A stretch of DNA of 64,000 nt. It comes from Candidatus Poribacteria bacterium. Lineage in GTDB: Bacteria; Poribacteria; WGA-4E; WGA-3G. A program made the position numbers and the translations under genes. The notes below the pieces were generated by a model. It saw only the letters and a list, made by a program, of their open reading frames with translations. It was not told where the DNA came from and did no database searches. Below, piece after piece: positions 1 to 10,221 of this stretch (position 1 is the first letter of the stretch; each line of letters begins with the position of its first letter). The stretch is taken from NCBI GenBank assembly GCA_965214095.1, contig OZ243938.1:3936001-4000000 (forward strand), given 5' to 3'.

Positions 1-146
1 GCTACAATACCGTCTACGGAATCCATGATAAAAATAATAAGGATAGTTACAATACACGCAATACTTATATATGTGTTTGTTCCGAAGATTGCAAGGACAA
101 TAAATGTCAATATTAGACGATAGACCGTTATAGCGTTTGCTGACAT
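1..146 (-). CDS. CDP-alcohol phosphatidyltransferase family protein (5' part; runs off window start)
   Basis: Not in ORF track. Manual translation from ATG at 146 gives MSANAITVYRLILTF...IIFIMDSVDGIVA, with the N-x-I-T-x-x-R start and the DxxDGxxA motif; GGAGA RBS upstream. Confidence 0.75.
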   Translation of the reverse strand, partial: MSANAITVYRLILTFIVLAIFGTNTYISIACIVTILIIFIMDSVDGIV

Positions 147-334
147 GTCAACTATTTCTCCAATTTCTTTCTCTTATAAATAGATATATTAGCAGATACC
201 ATGATGTATATCAAGTTATTTTACTGAAATGCATGGTTATTTAGCTTTATGTTTTTCTGCTCTATTTCATTACAAACGTTAATAGTTTTGAGATACGATT
301 TAGCTTGTGAACAAACATGGTAGTAGGCATGCTC

Positions 335-449
335 ATGAAGATTAATTTATTAAACGGGTAATTCTCATTTTCTCAAACCCGGTAGGAGCGGTTTCCTAAC
401 CGCTCCGGACTTCACAAGGAAATTACCTGATTTATTTCTTAATCCTCAT
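335..449. mobile_element. 115-bp MITE-like element, family A, copy 1; carries a GTAG hairpin and sits inside another REP-like palindrome (~320-505)
   Basis: 3 mismatches to 3341-3455; terminal inverted repeats ATGAAGATTAA / TTAATC(C/T)TCAT. Confidence 0.75.
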
Positions 450-732
450 CCGCGTGCCGTCCACCTGAAAGGAATTTACGGCACACGGCGTATACCTCCT
501 ACTATGCATCGCTACAATTCAAACCTTACTCTTCGCAAAACTCATCAAATGGCAATTTATAAAACTAAATAACCCTACCTGAAGTGTCCTGAGCTATCCA
601 ATTATCACAAAATACTCTTGTTGGTGGGGTTTCTAACCCCATTTTATCCTATGCTCTTGAAATCGGGGTTGAAAACCCCTCCAACAAAAAAAACCGCGAC
701 AATTGAATATCGCTGCTACATCAGTTTTTCAC

Positions 733-762
733 TTGACTTTATACAGAAAAATAAGATAAAAT
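733..762 (+). promoter_or_regulatory. Putative sigma70 promoter
   Basis: TTGACT-18nt-TAAAAT upstream of the GAGGAG RBS at 783-788. Confidence 0.4.
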
Positions 763-794
763 CTATAGAACAAATCTGTATTGAGGAGATGTCA

Positions 795-1853
795 ATGCGA
801 ACAGTCAAATTAGGTTTGATCGGTGCAGGCGGTATTTCACAGGCACACTGTGGAACACTAGCTGAGATTAAAGGATGCGAAATTATCGCAGCTGCCGATC
901 TTGTGCCAGCGAATTTAGAACGTGCAAAAGAACGATGGGGAATAAAAAATACTTTTGATGATTACAATGAAATGCTCAAAATGGACGAAATTGAGGCGGT
1001 GTACGTATGTACCCCGACCGGTGTCCATGCTGCACCAACTGTTGCCGCATTAAACGCAGGCAAGCATGTCTTCTGTGAAAAACCGATGGAGGCCACGTTG
1101 GAAGGTGCGGAAGCGATGTGGCGTGCTTCAGTAGAAAATGATAAGATACTTATGATCGGTCTCAAACTTCGCTATTCCGGACAAGTCAAGAAAGCGAAGG
1201 AAATCGTTGACGCAGGAACGCTTGGGGATATATATTATGCCGAAACAGTGGCGGATCGACGGCGAGGAAATCCCGGTGGAAGTTTCATTCGTAAAGCAAC
1301 CGCAGGATTAGGTGCATCAGCAGACATAGGTGTTTACGCATTAGATACTGCACTCTATCTGATGGGACATCCAAAACCTGTTGCTGTCTCTGGTATTACC
1401 TCTAACTACCTGAGTCTACACAACACTTGGAATGAAGGACTGAAACAAACAGAAGTGGAAGACTTCGGTGTAGGATGGGTCGTTTTTGATAACGGTGCAC
1501 GTTTGGTATTCAAGACTTGTTGGTGTATGAATATGGATTCACTCGGTGGCACTATTTTCCTCGGTAAAAAAGCAGGTTTGCGAATCGGGATCGGTGAAGT
1601 CCGTGGTCCACAAGATGGTGTTCGCGTTTACGGCGACAAAGACGGTGAGATTCACGACGAAACATACACCGAATTTAAACCGGTAAACGTCTTCCACGAA
1701 GAAGATAGTGCATTCATTGATGCAGTCAGAGAAGGAAAACCTTCACCGATTGACCCGTATGAGATTATGCTTACAAACGTAGTCATTCAGGGAGTCATCG
1801 ATTCCTCAGAAAATGGTGGACGTGAAGTGGAAGTTACGGTGCCATCAATGTAA
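795..1853 (+). CDS. Gfo/Idh/MocA family oxidoreductase
   Basis: GLIGAGGIS Rossmann motif and AGKHVFCEKP. Start moved to ATG 795 after GAGGAG; the ORF-track N-terminus runs through repeat DNA. Confidence 0.9.
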   Translation: MRTVKLGLIGAGGISQAHCGTLAEIKGCEIIAAADLVPANLERAKERWGIKNTFDDYNEMLKMDEIEAVYVCTPTGVHAAPTVAALNAGKHVFCEKPMEATLEGAEAMWRASVENDKILMIGLKLRYSGQVKKAKEIVDAGTLGDIYYAETVADRRRGNPGGSFIRKATAGLGASADIGVYALDTALYLMGHPKPVAVSGITSNYLSLHNTWNEGLKQTEVEDFGVGWVVFDNGARLVFKTCWCMNMDSLGGTIFLGKKAGLRIGIGEVRGPQDGVRVYGDKDGEIHDETYTEFKPVNVFHEEDSAFIDAVREGKPSPIDPYEIMLTNVVIQGVIDSSENGGREVEVTVPSM

Positions 1854-1911
1854 CTACGAAATGTGACTATCCTTTTGATTATATCTGACTCTATTATAAA
1901 TATGTAATGGG

Positions 1912-1985
1912 TTGAGAAAACCCGGAACTATTCATGTCATTATAATTTCTTCAAATATATAATAAACATAAACGGGTTTTCTCAA
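1912..1985. repeat. 13-bp perfect inverted repeat upstream of the first RDD-PspA gene
   Basis: TTGAGAAAACCCG (1912-1924) and CGGGTTTTCTCAA (1973-1985). Confidence 0.6.
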
Positions 1986-2004
1986 AACTGAGGATTTTCA
2001 TACA

Positions 2005-3060
2005 ATGAAGTTACTTGAAATAGCAGGAAAAAAGTTTAGATTAGCATCCAGATTTGCACGGATGTTCGCGTTTTTTCTGGATAGTATTATCGTCTTTTGG
2101 TTGTCTGCAATACTATCCATTTTTACAAATTTCTTCGGTATAATACCAACTTTTTTTGCACCATTTTCTATTTTGGCACCGTTTTTGTTCTGGGTTTGGG
2201 GGATGCTTTTCTTAGATGGTTTCAAGAACGGTCAGGGAATTGGGAAACGTCTCTTGTCAATGCAGGTGATCCGATTGAAGGACGGAAAACCGTGTACATT
2301 TAAAGACTCTTTCGTTCGAAGATTGACATCTTGCTTCCAACCCTTTGATATTCTCTTCTCATTGGGAAACAAAAAGCAGCGTATGGGAGACCTATTCGCT
2401 GAAACGGTTGTTGTGAAATATGAACCCCACATTCAATATGATGCCCCACCTAAGAAAGAAGATCCTGAAAAGGTGTTAGAGAATGCTATCATTGAAATCA
2501 CCGCTCGGTTGACAGAGGCAAGAGAAAAGGTTGATGCATCTATTGGAATTGAAAAGCAATTTCAAAGTGCATATCAAGGGGCTTTGGTACAGGCTGAAAG
2601 ATGTGAAGAAAGGGCGACAATTGCAATCCAAGCAGGACGTGAAGACTTAGCGCGCGAAGATATTACACAACGAAACGAATATAAACGACTTGCAGAACGA
2701 TACAAAAAACAGTGGGAAGAACAACAACATGTTGTTGCAGAACTGACTAACCTGCTTGAAACACTGGAAATGAAAACAGAAGAAGCAGAGCGAAAAAGAG
2801 ATCTCGTTATCGCACAGCACAGAAATGTTGATGCACAGAAGCATCTCCAAGAAACCTTAACTGAAGTTGAGGATGGTGCCGCATTTGATATACTTAACAA
2901 AATGGAACGAAATGTAAGTGAAGCCGTCACTTTAGCAAAAGCTGCATCACAAGTAGACAACGATCTCTCAAATATGAAACTAAACAAGGAATATACTGGA
3001 TACGCTGAAGAAGCATCAATAGACGATGACTTAGCAGAACTAAAATCAAAATTACAATAA
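2005..3060 (+). CDS. RDD domain-PspA/IM30 coiled-coil fusion protein (paralog 1)
   Basis: RDD features (R..AFFLD, GQGIGKRLLSMQVIR, QRMGDLFAETVVV) followed by PspA features (EDPEKVLE, AIQAGREDLARE, SIDDDLAELKSKL). Confidence 0.8.
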   Translation: MKLLEIAGKKFRLASRFARMFAFFLDSIIVFWLSAILSIFTNFFGIIPTFFAPFSILAPFLFWVWGMLFLDGFKNGQGIGKRLLSMQVIRLKDGKPCTFKDSFVRRLTSCFQPFDILFSLGNKKQRMGDLFAETVVVKYEPHIQYDAPPKKEDPEKVLENAIIEITARLTEAREKVDASIGIEKQFQSAYQGALVQAERCEERATIAIQAGREDLAREDITQRNEYKRLAERYKKQWEEQQHVVAELTNLLETLEMKTEEAERKRDLVIAQHRNVDAQKHLQETLTEVEDGAAFDILNKMERNVSEAVTLAKAASQVDNDLSNMKLNKEYTGYAEEASIDDDLAELKSKLQ

Positions 3061-3218
3061 TCCCTGACAATAAAAACCATACAACTTTCTCATTTCAGTT
3101 CAAGTGTCGTTATCACGACTTACACACAGACAGTAGGCGCGCTTTTGAAGCGCGCTAGTTTTCTCGTTTATATTACACAAATAATAAGAGATTTTGTCAC
3201 TAACTTCTCACCATGAAT

Positions 3219-3491
3219 TGTAGGGGCGGGTCTCTGTGCCCGCCCGTTGTTTTACAGGACAAGGAATGAGCGGGGCACGGAGACCCGGGGAATACCAAAC
3301 GCGTATTCGTCTAAGTGTATTCATTCCCGGGGAATGCCTTATGAAGATTAATTTATTAAACGGGTAATTCTCATTTTCTCAAACCCGGTAGGAGCGGTTT
3401 CCTAACAGCTCCGGACTTCTCAAGGAAATTACCTGATTTATTTCTTAATCTTCATATGGCATTCATACCGTTGATTTGGGGGAACGCCTAC
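3219..3491. repeat. Nested REP-like composite: TGTAGGGGCGGG...CGCCTACA outer palindrome containing CCCGGGGAAT repeats and MITE A copy 2
   Basis: Outer arms at ~3220-3246 and ~3270-3290 plus 3485-3491; CCCGGGGAAT occurs twice (~3283 and ~3326). Confidence 0.55.
3341..3455. mobile_element. 115-bp MITE-like element, family A, copy 2
   Basis: Near-identical to 335-449; perfect TIR ATGAAGATTAA/TTAATCTTCAT; inserted in the loop of GAATGCC...GGCATTC. Confidence 0.75.
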
Positions 3492-3593
3492 AGACGTTCA
3501 TTCCGTTGATTTGGCACTACAATGGTTACTGGAATTTATTGCCAAAAACTTTACACACCTAACCATAGTATACAATGAAAAGGCACCAAAATT

Positions 3594-4712
3594 ATGTCTA
3601 TTGTCAAAGTCATAGGTGAAAAATTCAAATTAGCTTCTCGATGGTCAAGAGTCGGTGCGTTCTTACTGGACGTTGTTCTATTAGGTTTCTGCCAAGCACT
3701 TGTATTCCTTAGCGGGTTTATCCTTTACCCTATTTATGACGATATCTTGAATATTTGGAATCCAGATGTATTTACAAATAGAATGATCCTTCTGTTGAGT
3801 ATTGTCCTATGGACATTCGGTATATTATTGATGGATGGAGTAAAAAAAGGTGGTGGATTTGGAAAGCGGTTAATGTCGCTGCAAATTATTCGTTTGAAGG
3901 ACGGGAAACCAGCAAACCTAAAGGATGTTTTTGTTCGTCGCTTTGCCGGTTTATTTCAACCGATTGATTGGTTATTCGCAACAGGAAAAGAAAGACAAAG
4001 AATGGGAGACAAACTTGCAAAAACTATTGTTGTTCAGTTAGACTCGCCACTCGTTGAAATTATCCCTGAGACAGAACTAGAAACAGTAAAAGAGAAAGAA
4101 ACTGAAGAAAAGGATCTTGAAAAGGTATTAGAAGATGTTATTCTTGAGATCACAAATCGGTTTTCAGAAGCAAAACAGAAGGTTGATGCATCAATTGGCA
4201 TAGAAAAACAGTTTCAAAATGCGCACGACAATGCTGTTGCACAAGCCGATAAGTGTGAGGAACGCGCAGTAATCTCCCTACAAGCAGGACGCGAAGACTT
4301 GGCACGTGAAGACCTTGCACAACGAAACGAATATAGAAACCTCGCAAATCGATATAAGACACAGTGGGAAGAGCAGAAGCAGACAGTCCAACACCTCACC
4401 ACACTCCTTGACACGCTCCATCAAAAAACCCAACAAACACAGAGAGAAAGGGATGTTGTCCTCGCGCAACACAGAAACGTTGATGCACACGAACATCTCC
4501 AACAGACTCTAACAGAACTTCAGGGCAATAAGGCTTTTGAGATACTCAAGAAAATGGGGCAAAATGTTACCGAAGCTGCAGCGTTAGCAAAAGCAGCATC
4601 TGAGGTAGATGTAGAATTCAAGAATGTGGAAGTAAATCATGAATTTGTCAATTATGCTGAAGATGAAGCAATTGAAAAAGAACTCGCAGATTTGAAACAA
4701 AAAATACAATAG
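3594..4712 (+). CDS. RDD domain-PspA/IM30 fusion protein (paralog 2)
   Basis: Same architecture as 2005-3060: RVGAFLLD, QRMGDKLAKTIVV, LQAGREDLAREDL, IEKELADLKQK. Confidence 0.8.
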   Translation: MSIVKVIGEKFKLASRWSRVGAFLLDVVLLGFCQALVFLSGFILYPIYDDILNIWNPDVFTNRMILLLSIVLWTFGILLMDGVKKGGGFGKRLMSLQIIRLKDGKPANLKDVFVRRFAGLFQPIDWLFATGKERQRMGDKLAKTIVVQLDSPLVEIIPETELETVKEKETEEKDLEKVLEDVILEITNRFSEAKQKVDASIGIEKQFQNAHDNAVAQADKCEERAVISLQAGREDLAREDLAQRNEYRNLANRYKTQWEEQKQTVQHLTTLLDTLHQKTQQTQRERDVVLAQHRNVDAHEHLQQTLTELQGNKAFEILKKMGQNVTEAAALAKAASEVDVEFKNVEVNHEFVNYAEDEAIEKELADLKQKIQ

Positions 4713-4749
4713 GAGGATTTAGTACTGCTATTTGCTAATAGTGTAAGAT

Positions 4750-6222
4750 ATGGAAAATCAAAAACTACCAAACATCGTTTTTATTATGGCAGATGACATG
4801 GGGTATGGTGATGTTGGCTGCTATAATCCTGATTCAAAAATACCCACACCAAACATGGATCAACTTGCACAAGATGGAATCCGCTTTACAGACGCACATT
4901 CTCCCTCAGCAGTATGTACCCCCACACGATACGGTGTCTTAACTGGCAGATATTGCTGGCGCAGCCGTCTAAAACGTGGTGTGCTTTACGGATACGAACC
5001 CCCATTAATTGAACCTGAACGTCTGACAGTCGCTGGACTGCTGAAAGATGCAGGATACAACACTGCATGTATCGGTAAATGGCATTTAGGTCTTGGATTC
5101 TCTACGAAATCGGACTACGACTTCAACTTTGATGCACCACTACCGTGGGGTAATGCCAAACGCGAATTGGAAGAAAATATCGATTTTCACGCACCAATCA
5201 CAGGTGGACCAAATGATATCGGTTTCGATTATTTCTACGGCACATCGGGGTGTCCAACCTGCCAACCCCCTTACGGATTCATAGAAAACGATACTTTTGT
5301 TAAAGTACCGAATGAATATCGTGGAGAACCTGATTTCACGGGGCGTCCCGGTATGACTGCACCGAGTTGGCAGCATAAAGATGCAGACCCAATGATTGCT
5401 CAGAAAACAGTTGAATATATTGAGACACAAGCCAATTCTGAAGATCCATTCTTCATCTATATGACCCCTTCCGCTCCACATGAACCTTGTGTTGAAGAGG
5501 TTGTGCCAGACTTTGCACGCGGACAGAGTGATGCTGGACCGCGTGGAGATTTAGTTTGGTTAGTAGACTGGATGGTCGGGGAAGTCATGGACGCATTAGA
5601 CCGAACCGGAAAAACTGACGACACACTAATAATCGTTACAAGTGATAACGGAGCACTCCCCGGAGACAGAATTAAGGGTGGGAAAGGTCCAATGCCGTAT
5701 AATATCTACGACCACAAGTCGTGTGGAGATTGGCGTGGATACAAAGCACATATCTGGGAAGGCGGACACCGCGAACCCTTCATCGCAAGATGGCCAAACG
5801 TGATAGAACAGAATACCACATCAGATGAATTAGTGTGCTTAACGGATCTCATGGAAACGTGTGCAGCAATAGTCGGAACAGATGTTCCGGATGATGCTGG
5901 ACAAGATAGTTGTAATATCCTACCAGCACTCTTAGGAAAAGAAACCGATCACCAACTTCGTAAAGCAATTGTGCATCACTCCAGTAACGGTGTCTTTTCT
6001 ATACGTCACGAAGAATGGAAATTGATTATAGGCACGGAAGGATCAGGAGGATGGCCCCCACCAAGTGGCGGTGGTCCCAAACCAGATTCTCCTGGACAAT
6101 TATATCACATTCATGATGACCCGTCCGAAACAGAAAATCTATGGTCTACGCATCCAGATATTGTTGATAGGTTAACACAGTTATTGGAGAAGTTTGAACA
6201 AGAAGGACACAGTAGAATGTGA
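4750..6222 (+). CDS. Arylsulfatase (Cys-type, formylglycine-dependent)
   Basis: PNIVFIMADDMGYGD, CTPTR (CxPxR), GKWHLG, SDNG. Confidence 0.92.
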   Translation: MENQKLPNIVFIMADDMGYGDVGCYNPDSKIPTPNMDQLAQDGIRFTDAHSPSAVCTPTRYGVLTGRYCWRSRLKRGVLYGYEPPLIEPERLTVAGLLKDAGYNTACIGKWHLGLGFSTKSDYDFNFDAPLPWGNAKRELEENIDFHAPITGGPNDIGFDYFYGTSGCPTCQPPYGFIENDTFVKVPNEYRGEPDFTGRPGMTAPSWQHKDADPMIAQKTVEYIETQANSEDPFFIYMTPSAPHEPCVEEVVPDFARGQSDAGPRGDLVWLVDWMVGEVMDALDRTGKTDDTLIIVTSDNGALPGDRIKGGKGPMPYNIYDHKSCGDWRGYKAHIWEGGHREPFIARWPNVIEQNTTSDELVCLTDLMETCAAIVGTDVPDDAGQDSCNILPALLGKETDHQLRKAIVHHSSNGVFSIRHEEWKLIIGTEGSGGWPPPSGGGPKPDSPGQLYHIHDDPSETENLWSTHPDIVDRLTQLLEKFEQEGHSRM

Positions 6223-6230
6223 GGGAACTT

Positions 6231-7061
6231 ATGTCAATCAAACCTAATTCACTTTTTCGTTTATCAACGCCATCCAATCAAGACATAGAGTCGTTTCATA
6301 ATGATGGATATATCGCATATCCAGATATATTCACGGACGATGGCAGAGAAGGTTTAATTGAGGAAATAACGCATCAATTTGAACCGACGCGTCAATACAT
6401 TGCGGCATTAGAGGACGGTGAAACACCGGAACGTGCTTATTTTATTCGTCCATGGAACGAACGTAGAATATATAGCGACAGACTTATTGACGATCCCTTC
6501 ATTACGGCACTGTTACGTGCAACCATTGGTGACGCATACCACTACTGTCATTCTGCACTTAACATTGCACCCCGTGGGATCGGACCTATCCAGTTTCATC
6601 AAGACCATCACCATTGGAAGCATGAGAATCCTGTCAATCTTGCCGAACGTGATAACTACTACATTCAGATATTATATTATCCGAATGGTTTCACGCGGGG
6701 TGATCGCAACTTGAAAGTGATAGCGGGTAGTCACAAGGTTGCACCAACGGCAGAAGCAACACCAGAACGAATGCTTGCTGGTGAATTCGACGAGGAAGCA
6801 GGACGTAAACTGGAAGAGAAACGGCTCGATCTGCCACCAGGGAGTATGGTCTACATAGACGCACGCATTTTCCACGGCGTAGAAGCAAAACCTGTAGATT
6901 CCCCGCAATTATATCGCATCTTTGTGATAGACATATTCAAAGAAGCAGGTCCACCGCATCGATACACACAACACATACCCCCTGAATGGCTGGAAGACAC
7001 AACACCATACCGTAAAAAGTTATTTACTCGGGATGGCTACGTAGAAGGCTGTTGGAACTGA
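6231..7061 (+). CDS. PhyH family Fe/2OG dioxygenase
   Basis: FHNDGY, FHQD (HxD), VIAGSHK, distal IFHG. Confidence 0.85.
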   Translation: MSIKPNSLFRLSTPSNQDIESFHNDGYIAYPDIFTDDGREGLIEEITHQFEPTRQYIAALEDGETPERAYFIRPWNERRIYSDRLIDDPFITALLRATIGDAYHYCHSALNIAPRGIGPIQFHQDHHHWKHENPVNLAERDNYYIQILYYPNGFTRGDRNLKVIAGSHKVAPTAEATPERMLAGEFDEEAGRKLEEKRLDLPPGSMVYIDARIFHGVEAKPVDSPQLYRIFVIDIFKEAGPPHRYTQHIPPEWLEDTTPYRKKLFTRDGYVEGCWN

Positions 7062-7117
7062 TTCATGGTTAATATACCATAATTATGGTTTAGACAGTTT
7101 GCCATCATTGATGTTGT

Positions 7118-7560
7118 TATACCCATTCCAAAAAATGACTTCGCTTAAAGAAATAGGCTGATTGTAGTCGCGCAATTCATTGTGCCTCGGACATTTATGG
7201 TGAAGTAAAAAATAATTATGCACACCACTGTAGGAGCGATCTCCAATTTGCGACTTAACTCAGGGGTAATCGGAAATCGGATTCTCTCCTACATTTCCAA
7301 AATGTCCAATTAATTCAAGAATCTACCAATTAAAAAGTGAAATTCATTTTTAGAATTGGTATTATAGTGAATTATAAATATAAGTTGACACTTTCGACCC
7401 ACGGTAGGCGAGGTTTCCTAACCTCGCCGATGCAGAGTGTTCAAGTAATTTCAAAATCTACTATAGTAGATCACATACCTATTAGAGTATATCGTCCCAT
7501 AAGGAAATCATCCATACATTGAGGAATGTAAGAGACACAATGAATTGCACGACTACAAAC
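7118..7560. repeat. Cluster of nested REP-like palindromes and MITE-like inverted repeats
   Basis: TTGTAGTCGCGCAATTCATTGTGCCTC (7162-7188) pairs with 7532-7558; TGTAGGAG...CTCCTACA 7229-7293; TATAGT...ACTATA element 7363-7467 containing CGGTAG-GCGAGGTT-TCCT-AACCTCGC. Confidence 0.65.
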
Positions 7561-7589
7561 GCATTGATTATTTTATAGAGTGATTTACC

Positions 7590-8813
7590 ATGTCAAATAG
7601 AGGCGAATTTATTGATCTTATAAACGAATTTAAAAGAGTTTCACCGTCTATTTCTGATGAACAACGGAAGGGACTTCTTCGGAGGGGAGTCCAACAGTTC
7701 GGTATTGGAATGGATGATGCGATTGAAATCTTGAACGCATCTGGTTTGGTAATTGGTGAGAGTATTGATTATTATGAAGTGTTGGGATTATCAAGGGCGG
7801 GTTTTGAAACACGAAGTGAGTCGGAAATTGTTAATCAGGTTAGGGGCGCACACGAAAAACTATATAGTGCTTCGTTGAAAGCAGGGGGACGACCTCGTGC
7901 TGATGGTAGGACGGAGGAGCAGTGGCGGACACTCCTCAATCAGGCACGCGATGCACTCATCGATCCAGAATCACGAAACGCACCACTCATAGCTGCAGAT
8001 TTTGTAGAAGAGGAGGCAGAGAAACCACCTGTTCCTTTACATCTTCTTGAGGACATGGAGCTTATACCTGCAGGTGCGTTTAAAATGGGTGGCAGTGATG
8101 ACGAAGCATTTCAAGATGAATTGCCGGTTCATGATGTTTACCTTGATGCATTCTATATTGACAAATATCCTGTAACCAATGCACAATTCAAGGAATTCGT
8201 TGATGCGAACCCACTATGGGACAAACCGCGCGGCTTCACATTTTTTCATTCTTTTAAATATTACGATGGATATTACCTACACCATTGGGGTAAGAATAAC
8301 TACCCAGAGGAGAGAACTGACCATCCCGTTGTTCATATCAGTTGGTATGCTGCGATGGCTTATGCACGGTGGATTGGAAAACGTTTACCTACTGAAGCAG
8401 AATGGGAGAAAGCAGCGCGTGGTGGATTGGAAGACAAAAAATATCCATGGGGTGATGTGATTGATGGTGGTAAAGCAAATTATGAAAAAAGACGTCAACA
8501 AACAACCCTTGTTGGACGTTATCCTGCAAATGGATACGGTTTATTTGATATGGTGGGTAATGTGTGGGAATGGTGTCTTGATGAGTGGGATAAGAGTTTT
8601 TATGCGTTTTCGTCAAAAGATAATCCAGTATGTGGTGGGAGTATTGAAAGAATTGTTCAAAACTATACGAATTCTAAATCACATCATGTGATACGGGGAG
8701 GATCGTGGTACAATTCAGTTGAGAATGTCCGAACTGCTAAGCGATCTGGTGTCTTGCCAACATACGCGAATTCTAACATAGGATTTCGGTGTATAATACC
8801 TGTTGCGTCATAG
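7590..8813 (+). CDS. J-domain-like + FGE-sulfatase (SUMF1/EgtB/PvdO; CLec-fold) protein, array member 1
   Basis: DYYEVLGL...PRADG...LNQARDALIDP; then PAGAFKMG, PVTNAQF, RLPTEAEWEKAARGG, NGYGLFDMVGNVWEW, RGGSW, GFRC. Confidence 0.85.
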   Translation: MSNRGEFIDLINEFKRVSPSISDEQRKGLLRRGVQQFGIGMDDAIEILNASGLVIGESIDYYEVLGLSRAGFETRSESEIVNQVRGAHEKLYSASLKAGGRPRADGRTEEQWRTLLNQARDALIDPESRNAPLIAADFVEEEAEKPPVPLHLLEDMELIPAGAFKMGGSDDEAFQDELPVHDVYLDAFYIDKYPVTNAQFKEFVDANPLWDKPRGFTFFHSFKYYDGYYLHHWGKNNYPEERTDHPVVHISWYAAMAYARWIGKRLPTEAEWEKAARGGLEDKKYPWGDVIDGGKANYEKRRQQTTLVGRYPANGYGLFDMVGNVWEWCLDEWDKSFYAFSSKDNPVCGGSIERIVQNYTNSKSHHVIRGGSWYNSVENVRTAKRSGVLPTYANSNIGFRCIIPVAS

Positions 8814-8867
8814 TATTCCTATGAATCAAACACATATCCGATATGGACAATTATTGGAGTAGTGAAC

Positions 8868-10160
8868 ATGTCTAAACGCGATGAGTTTGAAGCATTTATC
8901 AGTAGACTCAAAGCAGTTTCACCTACTATTACAGATGAACAACGAAAAGGTCTTTTGCGTCAAGCATCTTTGGAGTATGAAGTGCCAGTTGATGATGCGG
9001 TTGAGATTCTACGAATAACGGGATTGGTTGTTGGAAAAAATGATAGTTATTTTGAGATATTGGATATCTCAATTGCTGAATTCAGTAACCTAAGTGAAGA
9101 TGCCATTACTACGCATGTTAATTCTACACACAAAAAACTCTATGCAACATCTTTGGCTGCAGGTGGACTACCACGTCCTGATGGAAGGTCTCAAGAACAG
9201 TGGCGGAATGTTCTGAATGAAGCGCGTGATACATTGATTGACCCATTGAAAAGACGTGAACACATTTCCATGCTTCAACACAATACGGACGAACAAAAAA
9301 TAGATGAAACTGAAAGCATACCAACTATACAAGCATCAGAAATTGTAGATTCACCTCGTCAAGAATTGAGTCATTTAACTATACCTGATGATGTAATTGT
9401 GCCAGAAGATATGGTATTCATTCCTGCTGGTGAGTTTCTAATGGGCAGCGAGGATGAAGAGGCACAAGACGATGAACAACCGAATCATGTTGTTTTTCTT
9501 GATGCCTACCTGATGGATATATTTCCAGTGACCAATTCGGAATTTAGAGGTTTTATTGATGCTAACCCAAAATGGAGTAAAACAGATATCTATGGAGAAC
9601 ATATCTCTATAGAATTTCAGGATGGGGGTTATTTAAAAGATTGGGAGGACGATACATTCCCTGATGGTAAAGCGGAGCATCCTGTTACTCAGGTGAGTTG
9701 GTATGCTGCGATGGCGTATGCCCGGTGGGTAGGGAAACGGCTACCAACAGAAGCGGAGTGGGAAAAAGCAGCACGTGGTGGTATAGGGGGAAAGAAATAC
9801 CCATGGGGTGATTCTATCGATGGTGTTGACTTCAATTCAGACGATACTACACCGATTGGAAACACTCCTGCTAATGGTTATGGGTTATATGACATGAGTG
9901 GTAATGTGTGGGAGTGGTGTCTTGATGCTTACGATCCAGAATACTATTTAGTTTCCCCACCAAAAAATCCATTTTCAGATACAGCCAACGTGTCTTGGGT
10001 GGTGAATAACTTTAGAAATATTAAGTCTCCACGCGTTTTACGTGGTGGTCCTTGGGATATTGATTCTCAAGGTGTACGCGTTTCTCACAGATTTAGCGGT
10101 AATCCGATGGATACATTTCCTACATTTGGATTTCGATGTGTGATGGATGTGAATACTTGA
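8868..10160 (+). CDS. J-domain-like + FGE-sulfatase protein, array member 2
   Basis: Paralog with PRPDG and RLPTEAEWEKAARGG; start placed at the ATG giving MSKR as in the other members. Confidence 0.85.
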   Translation: MSKRDEFEAFISRLKAVSPTITDEQRKGLLRQASLEYEVPVDDAVEILRITGLVVGKNDSYFEILDISIAEFSNLSEDAITTHVNSTHKKLYATSLAAGGLPRPDGRSQEQWRNVLNEARDTLIDPLKRREHISMLQHNTDEQKIDETESIPTIQASEIVDSPRQELSHLTIPDDVIVPEDMVFIPAGEFLMGSEDEEAQDDEQPNHVVFLDAYLMDIFPVTNSEFRGFIDANPKWSKTDIYGEHISIEFQDGGYLKDWEDDTFPDGKAEHPVTQVSWYAAMAYARWVGKRLPTEAEWEKAARGGIGGKKYPWGDSIDGVDFNSDDTTPIGNTPANGYGLYDMSGNVWEWCLDAYDPEYYLVSPPKNPFSDTANVSWVVNNFRNIKSPRVLRGGPWDIDSQGVRVSHRFSGNPMDTFPTFGFRCVMDVNT

Positions 10161-10221
10161 GGTGTTTAGTTTTTAGTACATTTTGTATCTATTGTAATTA
10201 TAGATTATTGGAACATAAATT

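Noticed and set aside
618-794. N-terminal extension of the first oxidoreductase in the ORF track
   Set aside because: It runs through REP-like DNA and the putative promoter; the RBS and Rossmann motif support ATG 795.
7337-7522. 61-aa ORF (similarly 61541-61756 and 54545-54772)
   Set aside because: These lie in or next to repeat elements or antisense to real genes and have no protein features.
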